From contig OX597814.1 in NCBI GenBank assembly GCA_951406725.2, forward strand, positions 161,882,001 through 161,946,000: DNA of 64,000 nt, read 5' to 3'. Made by a program: the position numbers and the translations under genes. Origin of the DNA: Octopus vulgaris (lineage: Eukaryota). The notes under the pieces were generated by a model. That model did not search any database and was not told the origin of the DNA. It saw nothing but the letters and a program-made list of their open reading frames with translations. This document shows, piece by piece, positions 9,816-23,369 of this stretch. Positions within the stretch are counted from its first letter, which is position 1. Each line of letters opens with the position of its first letter.

Positions 9816-10116
9816 ATATATGTTGTCAGTTAGCTATCCATAAGTCAGAAGCAAAAGCACACTCAATATTTGAATATAAATAACAGAGTAGGTACTGGTT
9901 ATGGCATATAACAAGTCAGTATACATTTGTCGGTTCACATTGAATAGTGTGACAAGAAAAAATATTGATGTCTCTTCAGACGTACAGGCTGTAAGCATAG
10001 AGCATCAATATTATTGAGTGTCAACAAACCAACAATGACTTTCTGACTAGTTGTATGTCATAGCTAGTAATGTATTGTTTGATGATATATATATATACAT
10101 GTACATAGATATATAG

Positions 10117-10149
<33 letters not shown>

Positions 10150-10333
10150 TGTGAGTGTGTATGTGCCTGTGTATCTGTATGCGTGTATTTATATTCCTGT
10201 GTGTATGTATTTTTGTGTCTATATGTAATTGCATATACACCTATGAGTGTGTATGTGTGTCTGTGCTTATGTATAAGTGTATTTATGTACATATTTATGT
10301 ATATATGTTATGAGTATATACATACATACATAC

Positions 10334-10377
<44 letters not shown>

Positions 10378-10579
10378 TACAGGTTTTTTTCCCTCAGTGT
10401 TTATTTTTTTCTCCATCTCATTTATATTTAAATAAGTAATGGCTTCTTGCAGCACTTCATTTTAAAATTAACTAATCAGTTATGTATTCAATTAAGAAAT
10501 TAGAAGTAGCCGAATAAATTATGATCTATATGTGAAATTTATGCTTTTATACTTCTAATTCTGTATATGTATATAGATT

Positions 10580-10762
10580 AGGGGGTGCGAAAAGTTCCTG
10601 GCTTTGAGAGTATTGCAAAAGGCATGGTTGGAGGCCCAACCTTCTGAGTACTTTTAAAGGACTGAAAAAACTGAAGGACCACTGCAAAAAGTGTGTGAAT
10701 CTAAGGGGGGAATATGTTGAATAAAACCTTAATTAACTGATCCTCCTGTATTTTCTTTTACT
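10580..10762. mobile_element. Partial Tc1/mariner-type MITE
   Basis: Same family as 49421-49638 (ggtgc.gaaaagttcctggcttt...aatatgttgaata); one TIR missing. Confidence 0.65.
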
Positions 10763-10809
10763 TTATATATGTAGATACATGTGTATATATGTGTGTGCAT
10801 GTATATGTC

Positions 10810-10876
<67 letters not shown>

Positions 10877-11490
10877 ATATACACACATACATACATAAGA
10901 CATACATACATATGTATATATATATATATATATATACACACACATATACACACACATATATACATATATATATTTATAACTATATATAATCATGCTTCTA
11001 ACATTCAGTTTATCAACCATAATAGATCTATAATACTGTACACTCTGATTAATAGACCTACTCTATCAACAAATATACAAGTCCAGATTTTTTATGTCTT
11101 AAGGATTCTTAGATACACATACACACACACACACACACAACACTGTATCACAGTATCGACCAAAGCAGCAAATACTGTTATAAACTGCTGGTCGCAATGC
11201 GCTTCCAATTCCCTTTTGATTCTGCCATTCTTTTCCATCTTGACCCAAATTACTAAACTAAACCATCTTCCCATTATCACGGAGGCCTTCCAAGTAGCCT
11301 TTTCTGATCTCTTGGATATCACTTGGGAACTGCATGGGTCCACCTGTTGTCTGTGAACTTTGTGACATGTCCAGCCTAGTGAAACTTGTGCTTTCAGTAT
11401 TCTGCAGTCACATCATTCACTCTGTCCCATTCTCTCTATATATACACACATATGTGTGTGTGTGTGTCTGTCTGTCTTAATAAAAAAAAT

Positions 11491-11734
11491 AAATGCACCC
11501 TTTTAAAGCCTAGCCAGGCTCATGGGCCCGGTTTCCCGGTTTCTATGGCGCATGTGTTCCCCAACTGGATGGGCTGCCAGTCCATCGCAGTGTTACTCAT
11601 TTTTGCCAGCTGAGTGGACTGGAGCAACGTGAAATGAAGTGTTTTGCTCATGAACACATGTTGCCTGGTCCAGGAATCGAAACCACAATCTTACAATCAT
11701 GATGCTGACACCCTAACCACTAAGCCACACGCCT

Positions 11735-11736
<2 letters not shown>
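11491..11736 (-). mobile_element. tRNA-derived SINE
   Basis: Minus strand begins ggaggcgtgtggcttagtggttagg...ggtttcgattcctgg (A/B boxes); related head at 20738. Confidence 0.8.
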
Positions 11737-11774
<38 letters not shown>

Positions 11775-13837
11775 GTAAAACCCTTCAAAGCAATGCTCCA
11801 GCATGGCTGCAGTCAAATGACAAATAAGTAAAAGAATAGCAATTACAAGTATATATACTTTCTTCCTGTTCCTGTCCAGTCAGGACCCTTGACCGTAGAT
11901 GTCACACCCCTTTCCTTCTGACTCATCTCATCCCCACAGAAGACCAGCCAACATTAAAAGTGGCTTTGTTAGATTTGAATTACTGCTTGTATTTAGCTTC
12001 ATCAGTAACAATTATCCACTGTCCATTGCACTGTGACTTTCTCACTGACTCGTGACACTAGTCTCTCGTTTTCTCTTCTATTACTCTTTCCCTGACCATT
12101 TCTATGTTAGTCTCTCTACAGATGGAAAATCATACACAGATATGACAGTTGTCATAAATCTATATGGTCATCACATCTTTATTGTAGTTGTTTATTATTT
12201 ATTAATCCAAAGTTGGTTCTGATCAAGCAGACCTATGATTAAAACAAGCACCCAACCCATTTTTTTTTCTGGCAGGAAGTGTGTTTTAAGGGATATAAAA
12301 CTGTTATTTCTAACAAATTGATAAATCTTGTTGGTTTATACGCATCATTGTAATTGGATATGCCACCATAAATTTTCGGATTTAAAACATCCTTCCTCTA
12401 CATTAAATACAGTAACAAGATGATGGAGACATTTGGCTGTTACACAGAACAGAATAATGAGCTTGTAATAATTTACTTTTATTCTTCATTAATCACACTG
12501 AAATATTATTTGGTAATTTTCATAAGTTAATCAGTGAGGTTAATTACTCAAATGCAATAGTTAACAATCATTAAGTTAGTGTTAACATATTTAATGTAGT
12601 GAGAACATTAAAAAAAAAATGTCTAGAAATAATTATATAGTGAGGAAAATATAATATTAGCCTAATGTCTAATATTATTTTATTATTTTTGTAACTTTGG
12701 AAAATATGGGTAGCAACTCCAAACTTGTTTTGGTCTCATTTGACTTCCTTGCCAAATTATTAACAAGTAAACCACAAAATGGTTATAGAATATGGCACAT
12801 GAATAGGTACAGGACATTAGCATATTTAGGCACGCCACAACTCTTTTTCATAATTGTAAGAGAATGACTGTGTGGACATACAATACTGTAAATGTGTAGG
12901 TGTAGATAATTAGCATATTTAGAAGCAGCACAATTCCTTTACATAATGGTATAAATTGATGGTCTGATGCTAATTACAAGAATACCAATATAGCGTGGCT
13001 TATGAATAATTAAATATATGGTCATATCTATATGTATGTATTTCATTATAAAAGTAAGCCACCATGTGGGCCATTTTCCTCAGTTTGGGATGGAATTAAT
13101 TGTACCTCCACATATACTTGTTTGTGTTTTAATATGTCACCTTCAGCATCTCATGCACAGAACTTAGTTTTACAGAAAAACTAAATATAGAGAGATATGA
13201 CTCTTCATTTATTCATAGCCAAATACTGTATTGGCACTCTAGAAATTTTTTGGTATTATTGGCAGTCATATTCTCCATTATGAAACAATAAATGTTTATA
13301 TTGTATTTGATAAAAAGAGTTTGTTAGCTTATAATATGATGGTTGGAGAAGTCAAGAATAGAAGTATAATAGAATCGGACAAGAACTGTTTGAACAAAAA
13401 GAAATAAAAATGTTAGTTGCTGCAAAAGTGAGTTATACCAATGTCATTCAGAATAGATGTTAAAAAAAAAAAAAAGAGTCTAGAACAATGCTTTGCAAAT
13501 GGTGTACCACATGGGTATCAAGGTGAGCAGCATATATTTAAAAATATAATTTAAGGCTTTAGAAAATCTATTAATTCTTGAGCACTTTGCAAAGCATATT
13601 ATAAATAATTTTTGTCATACACAAGTAAGATTAATAAAATGAAGTAAGCAATAGTTTTCTCTATTTTTTCTCAATTGTTTATGTTAAAACAGTTTTTTTA
13701 AAATTTTCCAGGCAAAGTGCACCAGATAGTCAATAAGATTGAGAAATATTAATCTGAATAACAAAATGTAAGTCCATCGTCTCTGAGAAACAGGTAGCAA
13801 GTAATGTCCCTGTATGTTGCAGTAGTCTTGAGCTGTG

Positions 13838-14165
13838 GTTACAAAGTCAGAAAACAGCACAGCTCTCATGACTTTCGGAAACATTTTTTCATGCTAAGAG
13901 TTGCTGAAGCATGGAACAGACTGCCGGCGTCAGTTGTTAGTTGTCGGGGCACTGCATCCTTCAAAACTTCCATGCTTCCTGAGATTCGCCAACACTACAC
14001 CTGATTTTCTCCCTTCCATACACATGCAAGCATATATCTGACTCGTACACTGTTCGCTTTCCAGACATTTGTACATTACTGCATATACTCTATGCGCACT
14101 TTTTGACAAGTTGTGGTGCACCTGAGCACTGTATACAATAATTTCATTATTATTATTTTTTTTAT
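13838..14165 (+). mobile_element. CR1-type LINE 3' fragment
   Basis: YKVRKQHSSHDFRKHFFMLRVAEAWNRLPASVV matches the CR1/L2 ORF2 C-terminal pattern FF..RV...WN.LP..VV; (ATT)n tail. Confidence 0.85.
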
Positions 14166-14623
14166 TATAAACTTCGTTGTAGTAACTTCTGTTTGCCATC
14201 TACTTTTATTCATTTATTTATCTATTTTTCATAAAAGCTATTCAGTGAAAGGAAGTACTGAGTTCCTATTGATCTGAAGAGTAACAATAAGTGAATGTGT
14301 CATCTCATAGAAGTACAGAACATTACATGTAGCCATCTCCATATATTTGTAATAGTCCTTTGTACACTTTGAAAATGTGGTATTAGCATTTCCAAACTAT
14401 AATAACAATTCCCTACATAGACTCAGGTACATGTATTCAGCAGTGGACCCAATTTTGGTATATGGCTGTTGCTTCATTCCTTCTGATAAATAAACTTATC
14501 AAACTCTCTTGTTAACTAATTGTTATCAGCACAGGCCATTACTAGTTTCCTCAGACTACATAGTTTACCTTACTCTTACATATGTCTGAAAAGGAGGGAT
14601 AACCATGAATGGAACACCTTTAA

Positions 14624-14831
14624 CCCTTCAGATTATTCTGTCAAATACTTGTGCATTCACATTATCTTAAATTAATCATGTATTATTTCATAGCTTTGAA
14701 TTTCAATGATGTTATCGTTTATTTGTAAAATGACACTGTAGGGTAGGCGTGAAAGGCCAGATCTGGCCAGCTTGAGTATAAAACAGATTGAATATTTGGG
14801 CTGCATATGGCTGGTTTATATAAAAAAAAGG
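14624..14831. mobile_element. piggyBac-type MITE, same family as 7233-7451, opposite orientation
   Basis: TTAA flanks; internal reverse-complement similarity (ccagatctggcc, atatggctggttta). Confidence 0.6.
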
Positions 14832-15157
14832 TTAATCACAGACCTACTTGATCAGGATTGACTTGCAGCTAAACTAAACAACAGTGGTTATTAAATAAAT
14901 CCATATGCACTATTTTTCTTTTGTTTTATACTTAATCACCTTACCATGTGACAACAAAGTGTCCACTCACAGGTATATGCAACATGTTTGGTTTAATTAC
15001 TTTTTATGTTTTGTGGTTTTGGCTTAATCCAAAAAGGAAAGAAGGATAAAAGTTATATTTAGACTGGAAACTAGGTTCAAAGACTCTCGACAGAGCAGAC
15101 CCTACTAAAGACACCCAAATATGAGGTTGTGGTGTTAAGCCCAGTGAAAGATCAAGA

Positions 15158-16289
15158 TGTTACGGTTTAGCTGGTGCATTTCCCGGTGACCCACATTGGA
15201 ATTATGGTTCCGGCATGTCTAGTAGAAAAGTGACAGTCTTTTGTTTAATGGAGGACTAATGGGTTTTGGAATGACCTGTGACCTTGTGCGGGTGAATTAG
15301 GGGTCGCTCTGGGCACCCCTTGAAGAAGTGAAGAGGAGGACAGATTAAGGGAATCTAAGAGCAGATGGAGAGGGTATTGACAGTAGGAGAGAAGGACAGG
15401 CAGAGAGTTTGGTAGAGCTGTCATGAGAGAGATAGAGTATAAGACTAAGGGACAGATAGAGAGGCTAAGGGACAGTAGGTGATATAGATAGAGTAAGGAA
15501 TCAGATAGCAAATAGAAAGACTATAGGTGGTAGAACAGAGGGAGATGAGGGAGTGGAAGTCAGGACAAGGAAGTGAGGTTCTGGGCAGTCGTTGAGCGGT
15601 CGTCGAAGAACACAGACGGATCTTGCGGTCGCTGGCCGGTCCTCGAGGAAGACAGACGGACCTTGGATTTAAGGAGCAAGCGTTGGAATTCTTAGGAGCA
15701 AGTTGGATGCGGAGGCTTGGCGGCACTGATTGGGATATATGCAGATTGGAATATGCACAGGAGGGAATTAGCAGTATCCAGAGGAATTAGCAGTATTGAG
15801 AGGAATGGGACACTGGCAGATTCAATTAGGAATTGAGGTATGTGTTTGTGCATTGATAAGAACAGTCAAGGACTCTGTCGATGTGGTCGATAAAGGACAT
15901 TGTGAAGAAGAAGAGTAAAGGACTTGTTGATTGTGATGTTTAGGAAGAGACTTTAAAGAACTGTTGTCTTGGGACGTGTACTCTTGAATTGTTACATGAT
16001 GTTGTATTATGCGTTGATCTGTTGTATGATGTATTGAGTAGTCACGTGCATGCTTTAAATGTATTTGATGTGTAGCAATTGTAATTGTCATATAAACTGT
16101 TGTTTGAATATAAGCCAGTGTCTCTGTTGCCTTGCCTCTCTTTGGATTGTATCTCGGGTTGTGCCTCTGTATCTCTGTGTTGAGGTTGTGGCAGTATCTA
16201 TCTGTATCTCCTCTCTCCGCCTCTTTGGGTTCCGTGGCGAACTAGTGGGCCGTTCGGGGCGGGCGACGACGGGGGATTCCGCCGTAACA
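15158..16289 (+). mobile_element. 5' LTR of a Gypsy-like retrotransposon
   Basis: Perfect 8-bp terminal inverted repeat TGTTACGG...CCGTAACA, followed after 2 nt by a PBS. Confidence 0.85.
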
Positions 16290-16291
16290 AC

Positions 16292-16310
16292 TGGTGTCAG
16301 AAGTGGGATT
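16292..16310 (+). promoter_or_regulatory. Primer-binding site complementary to a tRNA-Leu 3' end
   Basis: tggtgtcagaagtgggatt is the reverse complement of aatcccacttctgacaCCA, a metazoan tRNA-Leu 3' end. Confidence 0.85.
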
Positions 16311-16347
16311 GTCCTGATTGCTGCGTTTCGATCAGTTCTTTTTCGCT

Positions 16348-18222
16348 ATGGATTTGTCTGGTTGTCAGACCGGAGACGAGGAGATTTCGCTTGCCCTGAT
16401 TGTGGAGATGTTAAGGGGCCAGATGGCGCAGACGGACGCGTTCATGGAAAGGATGGACAAGAGGCGACGGGGCCTGTGGGCAGATCAGCGGGAGCTTGAG
16501 GTTGCGGATGGGTCAGCTTTGAAGGATCGGTGTTGGACCGAGGATAGCGACGGTCCTGTGGGCAGAGATTGCCCGTCGAACGAAGCATCGAGGGAAACAG
16601 ATAGTGAAGGAAGTGTTGCCGAAATCTGTGATGCTGGACCGGCTGTGTTTGTGGAACCTGGGCTGGTTGCCGAAATTTGTGACGCTGTACCCAAGAAATC
16701 TTGTGATTTGGAACCCGTAGAGGTTGAAGTAACCAAAAGGCCTGTGGAAGGTGTTATGGCTGATGCTGTTGTTCCGTGTCTGGAGCCCTTGGCATCTCGA
16801 CCCCTGTCTCTCGGAGCTCAGGATGAAGAGCTGGCGAGGTCTGGGGCGAATGTCGCTGAATCCGAGGTTCCGGCTCTGTGTGTGATGGTCGCGGCAGGTG
16901 TTGTGCCGTGTGCGAGTCCTTTGGTGTCTGGACCCCTGTCTCTTGGGGCCCAGAGGGACTGTATGGTTCCCACCGTGGAGAGGCCACAGGCGTGGATGGA
17001 CTGGCGGCCGAGCGTGCGTGTTGTGAGGCCTGCGGTACGGAAGCTGGTGAGGAAAAGGACCAGGCCCGTTGACGAGGCGAGACGGCTGCGAACGGTGGTG
17101 GGTCCACCGAGTCCAGGAAGTCTGCTTCAGCGTTGGGTGAGCTTTGTGGTTGATGGTTGCTTGGGGCCGGTGGAGCCCGACAGGCAGTGCCTAGTGAAAG
17201 CTCGATTGAGGGTCGGGTGGACCCTAGTGGAAGCAGAAGCTGGTGGAGCGCTGGCTGGGTCGGCCGATCTTTTGGAAGTGGCACAGGCGATTTGCAGAAG
17301 GCAAATCGAGGAATCGTGCCAGATGGCGAACCAGTGGTGGGGCCAGCTCTGCCGATACGGCAACGCAGTTGAAGGAGGTGGTGGCCCATAGATGCAGTTG
17401 AGGAAGCGGTCCGCAAGGAGTCGCTGGTGCTTTGTTGGCACTTGGGGGAGCTCTGTATTTGATGGTTGCGTGGGGCCGGTGGAGCCCGACATGCAGTGCG
17501 GAGTAAGAGCTCAATTGAGGGTCGGCTGGACCCTGGTGGAGGCAGAAGCTGACAGAGCGCTGGTTGGGTCGGCCGAGTTATTGAAGGCTGCGCAGGCAAT
17601 TTGCAGAGGGCAAATCGTGGAACTGCGGCGGATGGTAAACCAGCGGCGGGGTCAGTTCTGCCGGTGCAGTGATGAAGTTAAGGGAGATCGTGGTCCGCTG
17701 ATGCAGTTGCGGAAGAAGCAACCGTTGGTGAAAAGCGCAGGACGTTGGTCGCGAGGGTTGTTGGATGCTGGTCGCATGGACCTGGCAGAACGTTTCGTCG
17801 ACCAAGGCGGTTGTCGCTTGAGGAGGCAGCGAGGCCGGAGGAAGGTCTCAGTACAGCAGCGCAAGAGGAGATATTGGCGACAGGTAATAGTGAAAGGACA
17901 GAATGGTCCCTGGTCGTCAGCGATAATTGCGCGGAATGGGGATGGTACAGCAAGGTGCTGCGTGGGCTATAGAGCCCTGAGGAAGGTGGCCACTGTGAAG
18001 GATTGGCCGGACCCTGCCTGTGGAAGGGATTTGAGGAACTTCCTCGGACGGTGCGCCTATTGTGGGCGGCTAGTAGGAAGCCTGGCGGCATTGGCGGAGG
18101 TGTTACCCAAGCCGCAGAGGGAAGGTGCCAACCTGTGGCTGGTGCTGAAGTGGTGGCTGTGGGAGGTGAGACCCCCGGAGGAGAAGCCACCCAAGGGGAC
18201 CTCCAGTTCCTGGAACGTCTGA
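16348..18222 (+). pseudogene. Rearranged Gypsy gag/pol-derived ORF with one internal TAG at 17389-17391 and the RT core deleted
   Basis: Two track ORFs lie in the same frame (tag|atg). GPWSSAII.RNGDGTARCCVGYRAL resembles the Gypsy RT N-terminal motif and is fused to VKDWPDP...DLRNFLGRCAY (RT C-terminal/connection). No YxDD, RNase H or integrase. Confidence 0.75.
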
Positions 18223-20243
18223 TAGAGCTCGCCCTCGGAGCTGGGGGTTTGTTATGCTTTGTCGGGTCGACAAAAGCTTAGGTAGACAACAACTGAAGAA
18301 TGTGAACAGCCCTTTTTAAATGAGTTTCCACAAAGTTTCTGAAAATCAAATTTTGCTCACAAGGCTTTAGCTACCTTGATCCAATGACAGAAGAAACTTG
18401 CTCAAGGTGCAACATACTCCAACACAAACCTGAACCCACATTGTTCCAAAGCAAACTTCTTAACCCAGCTGACAGACCTGCATCCATATTATGCAACAAA
18501 TTAAGTTTAGAAATATCAATCTAGCTGAATGTTATTAAAACAAAAGCAAAATGACATAAAATAAGTTATATTCAAACCATATAATTTAATTTCGCAACTT
18601 TCAGGCAATTTTCAAAGGTAAGTAAATTCAACAACCTGATTGTTTTCTGTATTCATTGTAAAATTTATAGCATTAATTTGTTTATAGCAACCTCGTTATT
18701 TAACAACTTCTTATTAAATTACTGGAAAATATTTAGTTATCGAGATGAATTTAATTAACATCTAATGAGTAAATTATACAGAGTTTTTACAATGCAGGTA
18801 AACTTTAATGTTCAAAACTATAGAAAGTTAACATGAGAACATGTTATCCATGAATGTGATGGAGATGAAACCATCTGTGTATATACATATATATTATTTA
18901 TCCCTGTTGTTTTAAACCTTTCTTATACCCTGCACCCTCAGAAGGTGTTCGATTAATTTTCACACACCTTCAAAAGTAATATCATATTTGAAGATGAAAA
19001 AATTGAATTTTCTAATAACTAATTTATTCCTTTAAATTGAACTACATGCAGAATTGTAGGAGAACAAAGTGAACTAAAAAAAAATAATAGCATTTGACTT
19101 AGTGCAAATGTAAATTGAGCAATTAGAAAAAGAATAATTGATAAGGCTGAAATCAGTCATAATTGTGAGCATAAAATTCAAGACTTCTTTGTTCCTGCTT
19201 TCTGTTCCTAACTTTTATCAAATGGTGGAACTTTATTTTGTTGATTGTTTTCTGTAGGCTTGTCTGTGCATTGAAAAGTTACTAGGTTTTGTTTTGATTG
19301 ACAAAAAAGAACTAAATTCAAATTTACACAAATGGAATGAGAACATAGTTCTTCAGGGTTAAATCTCTATATGTAGGATAATAAAGTTTTAAGTGTGCTT
19401 AAAACAATAAAATCACTTTTAAGAGTTAGGTAATAATTTTTAATAATTTTTAGTAGATTATATATTCTTTATCTCTGCTGCACCCCTTGAAATACTGTTT
19501 GTACCCATCATCATACTTTTCAGGCACCCCAGATTACGAACCCCTAATCTAATCAAATCTGTACCACTGAGCTCTCCGAGTTGATTTGCCTTAACTCCTA
19601 TTTATTTTAATTACACACATTTCTTTTGACTAAGAATATCATCAACTCTCACTTGAATGTGTCAAATCTGGTTTGGACTCAAGATGGATAATACTATGCT
19701 GATGGTGTCCATTTAGGCAGAAACATATACCCAAAGCTGACTTCTTGTCACTGAAACAAAAATTACATTATCTTTTTCTCCTAGCAAGTTAATCCAATGA
19801 GAAGTATTTTTCACGGAATTATCTACCCTTCTCATTCAAAGTTGCTAACAATCCCCACTAGGTTTATGTTTACTGTCAGCATAAGAAAATTCTATAAATT
19901 AGAATTTATTTTCCACAGTGTTTTTTTTTTTATGAGCAGTGCTTGATTTATTATTTTGTTTGCTATTGAAAGAGACAACAAAGTTGGCACAATTTCATTG
20001 GAGGATGCTCTCAGTATCATTGTTTATGGAGTCAATGCAAGTTTGGCACATGTATCTAGATTGTGAGTGGATTATACATGTTTAGGGAAGGTTAGGGAGG
20101 AAGGAGGGAAAGAAGGATTGTGTTATCTGTGTAAGAGTGAATGTTGTTGGATATGGTGGTAAGCTGGTTGCTGATGTAGAGAAAGAAAAGAGGGAGAGAC
20201 AGAACTGAATTCTGGGGATGATCAGAGTTGATTGAAAATGGAA

Positions 20244-20279
<36 letters not shown>

Positions 20280-20737
20280 TCAAAATGATGGAGCCCATCA
20301 TTGTTAACGGCTGTCTCTATTACCTTGGAGATTTAGAACAGCAATAGAGCAATTGTATGCTGGAGGTGGGTATCCTTTCTTTAGAATAGGACACATTGAA
20401 GTATACTTCTAAATGTCAGGCTATATTTTTATACATACGGAGTGAGAGATTAAAGAATTTGGTGAGTAAAGGGGCAAATTCTGGAGCACATTGTGGAATG
20501 AAATGGAAAGGGCATTGTTAAGGCTAGTGACCTTGCAGGTAGTTTTGCACTATGTACATAAAAGCATGTGTGCATGTGTGTGTGTATGTGTGTGTATGTG
20601 TATGTGTGTGTATGTGTGTGTGTATGTGTGTGTGTATGTGTGTGTGTATGTGTGTGTATGTATGTGTGTGTGTGTGTATGTGCACATATAAAGGGGCTAT
20701 GTTTGCATGTGTATGTGTATGCATGTGTGTGTGTGTG

Positions 20738-20866
20738 GAGGCACATGGCTTAGTGCTCAGAGTGTTGCGCTCATGATCATAAGATTGTAGTTTCAATTCC
20801 TGGACTGTCCAGTGCATTGTGTTCTTGAGCAAAAACACTTCATTTCATGTTGCTCCAGTTCACTCA
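20738..20866 (+). mobile_element. tRNA-derived SINE 5' fragment
   Basis: ggaggcacatggcttagtg...tttcaattcctgg...gttcttgagcaaaaacacttcatttc, homologous to 11491-11736. Confidence 0.7.
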
Positions 20867-20987
20867 GCAGTAGGGGACTATTATACCAAAAAATCCAGAA
20901 AACCAGTCTTATGAGTCTATGGCCCGGAAAAGGACCTTTGATCCTTTTACATATATGTATGCATATATATATATATGTATATATATG

Positions 20988-21043
<56 letters not shown>

Positions 21044-21103
21044 TGAATTGTTTGAGCACTACTAAGTGTCTTCTATACAGAAAATCTCTAGATCTCATCT
21101 GTG

Positions 21104-21149
<46 letters not shown>

Positions 21150-21814
21150 ATATACAAGTATGAATCATGAGATATCCATTATGCATTTTCAGTTTTCATC
21201 AGTGACAATTTTTTCCAAGAAGGCATCATCTTTATTTTAGTAATTCAAAAATGGTTGACAGATTTCCATAATATTTTCTTTGAGGAATTGTATGAGTCTT
21301 TTGGGACCCATCTCGCATGGCTTTAAGCCAATCTGTTATGGATGATTTTGTAAGCAGAACCATAACTAATTTGCATATTATTTGCTAGTTCATCAATAGC
21401 ATACCTCTATTAAAAAAAAAAAAATCACGTCACAAATGCATATATGGGCAGGTATTTTTAATGCATGACATTCATGCAGCAATTTTTGAAATTTCCTATC
21501 CATTCATTGACAGTATGAAGCAGCAAAACAGTGTTTTCATACTGTGCTGAAAAGCCTTCAGGCCCGGAAATACTTTCAGCCCACCAGAAAACAGATCACT
21601 GAACATTGCTCTTCTCTTAAGCAGACAGAAAGTGAAAGCAGCCATGGTTAATGCAAATACAATGGCAACTTAATTGATGTTTAAAGTTTTAACCTGCTTA
21701 GCAGAGACCAGAGGGAGACCCCATCTAGTGATGCACATGGAACAAATTTCTACATCAATATATGTAATGTATGTATGTATGTATGTATGTGAATATGTAT
21801 GCATCTAGGTATGA

Positions 21815-21873
<59 letters not shown>

Positions 21874-22414
21874 GAATAAATATATGAATAGATATGTATA
21901 AGGAAACCGTATACAATATGTTTATCAAACATATATTTATCCGCAGGTTATTTAAGAGATTTTCTCTTTCCCCATTTATTCCTAACTGTGCTGCAGTGAT
22001 ACTTTTGTTATTGTATATCTGTTTGTGTGTATGCATGCGACCGTGTGTATCTGTATGTGTTTATGCATGTGTGTATATTTGTCTGTGTGTGTATGTGCGT
22101 GTGTGTGTAAGGGGAGTGATTGTGTGCATGGTGTGTAAATATATATATACAAAGACAGATACGCATAGATATATATATTATTAATTTACAGATATTTAAT
22201 GTAGCTTTTGAAAAAAAAAGAAATCAATAACTAGGATCTCTTGTTATTGTTAGAAACTCTATATTATTCATGTTTCTTCTTGCCAATGAAAGAAAAACAT
22301 GTTTCGTCTTGCACTCAGAAGTTAGGTTGTATTTTACCTATGTTCATTTATGTACTAAAGTAAGTCAATATGACACACACACACACACACACACATACAC
22401 ACACATACACACAC

Positions 22415-22450
<36 letters not shown>

Positions 22451-23331
22451 ACACGCACGCACACACACACACACATACACACACACACACACACAAGCAA
22501 ACATATGTATATAGGCATAAATATACCCGCACACATACATATACATGTGTGCATGTATGTATATGGATGCATGCATATATATGTATGTGTATCTATATTT
22601 GTATTGATAATACAGATCTGTGTGGTTTTTATTTCTTTTGTAACATATGACAGGATTGCAACATAAATTCTTATCAAATTCCTTTTGACAAACAAACTTG
22701 AGTTGAATTGCATTCATTATCTTATGAGCTCATTGTCAGCAATCTATCAAAATAACAAGGCCCATTGACAGCAATTAAAATTATTTAATGACTTCTGCTT
22801 TTCATGTAGATGATTTTTGTGAAATCTTTATGATAAATGCCATGTTACATCTTTTTATATCCAAGCTAATTGACTGGTTAGATCCTATAATGCCAAGGAT
22901 AATCATTAGGGTACTGTTTTGTAGGATGTCTTCAATACTAAAACCACAGGCAGTAAATGAAATGTTAATGAATTGTATACTAATGGATATGCTAATGTTA
23001 ATGTTAATGATTTGTGTGGACTTTTAGTCTTGTACTAGTTTCAGTTACTGGACCAAGGCCAACGAGAGTACTGACAACTTGGGTTTCAGTCAATTATGTT
23101 GAGAGGAAAAGAAGAGATATGCACGAGATATGTATGTTGTAAATTATTTGGAGAAAGTGAGTTGCAAGAGATAGTCTTAAATAATGTGGACTCACATGAT
23201 CTCCAGTCACAATTAAGTTTATCTCTGGCAAGAGATAGAACTGTAGCCTTATATAACAGAACAGAGAATATTCTCAAACTTTCTACTTGTATTTTGGCAT
23301 GGTCATTGAAGTGATTCCTTTCATGTCTACC

Positions 23332-23369
<38 letters not shown>

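Noticed and set aside
16485-18190. Long minus-strand ORFs (281, 170 and 121 aa)
   Set aside because: Antisense shadows of the GC-rich Gypsy-derived ORF.
21230-21740. Possible decayed Tc1/mariner remnant
   Set aside because: No TIR pair or translatable motif could be confirmed by eye.
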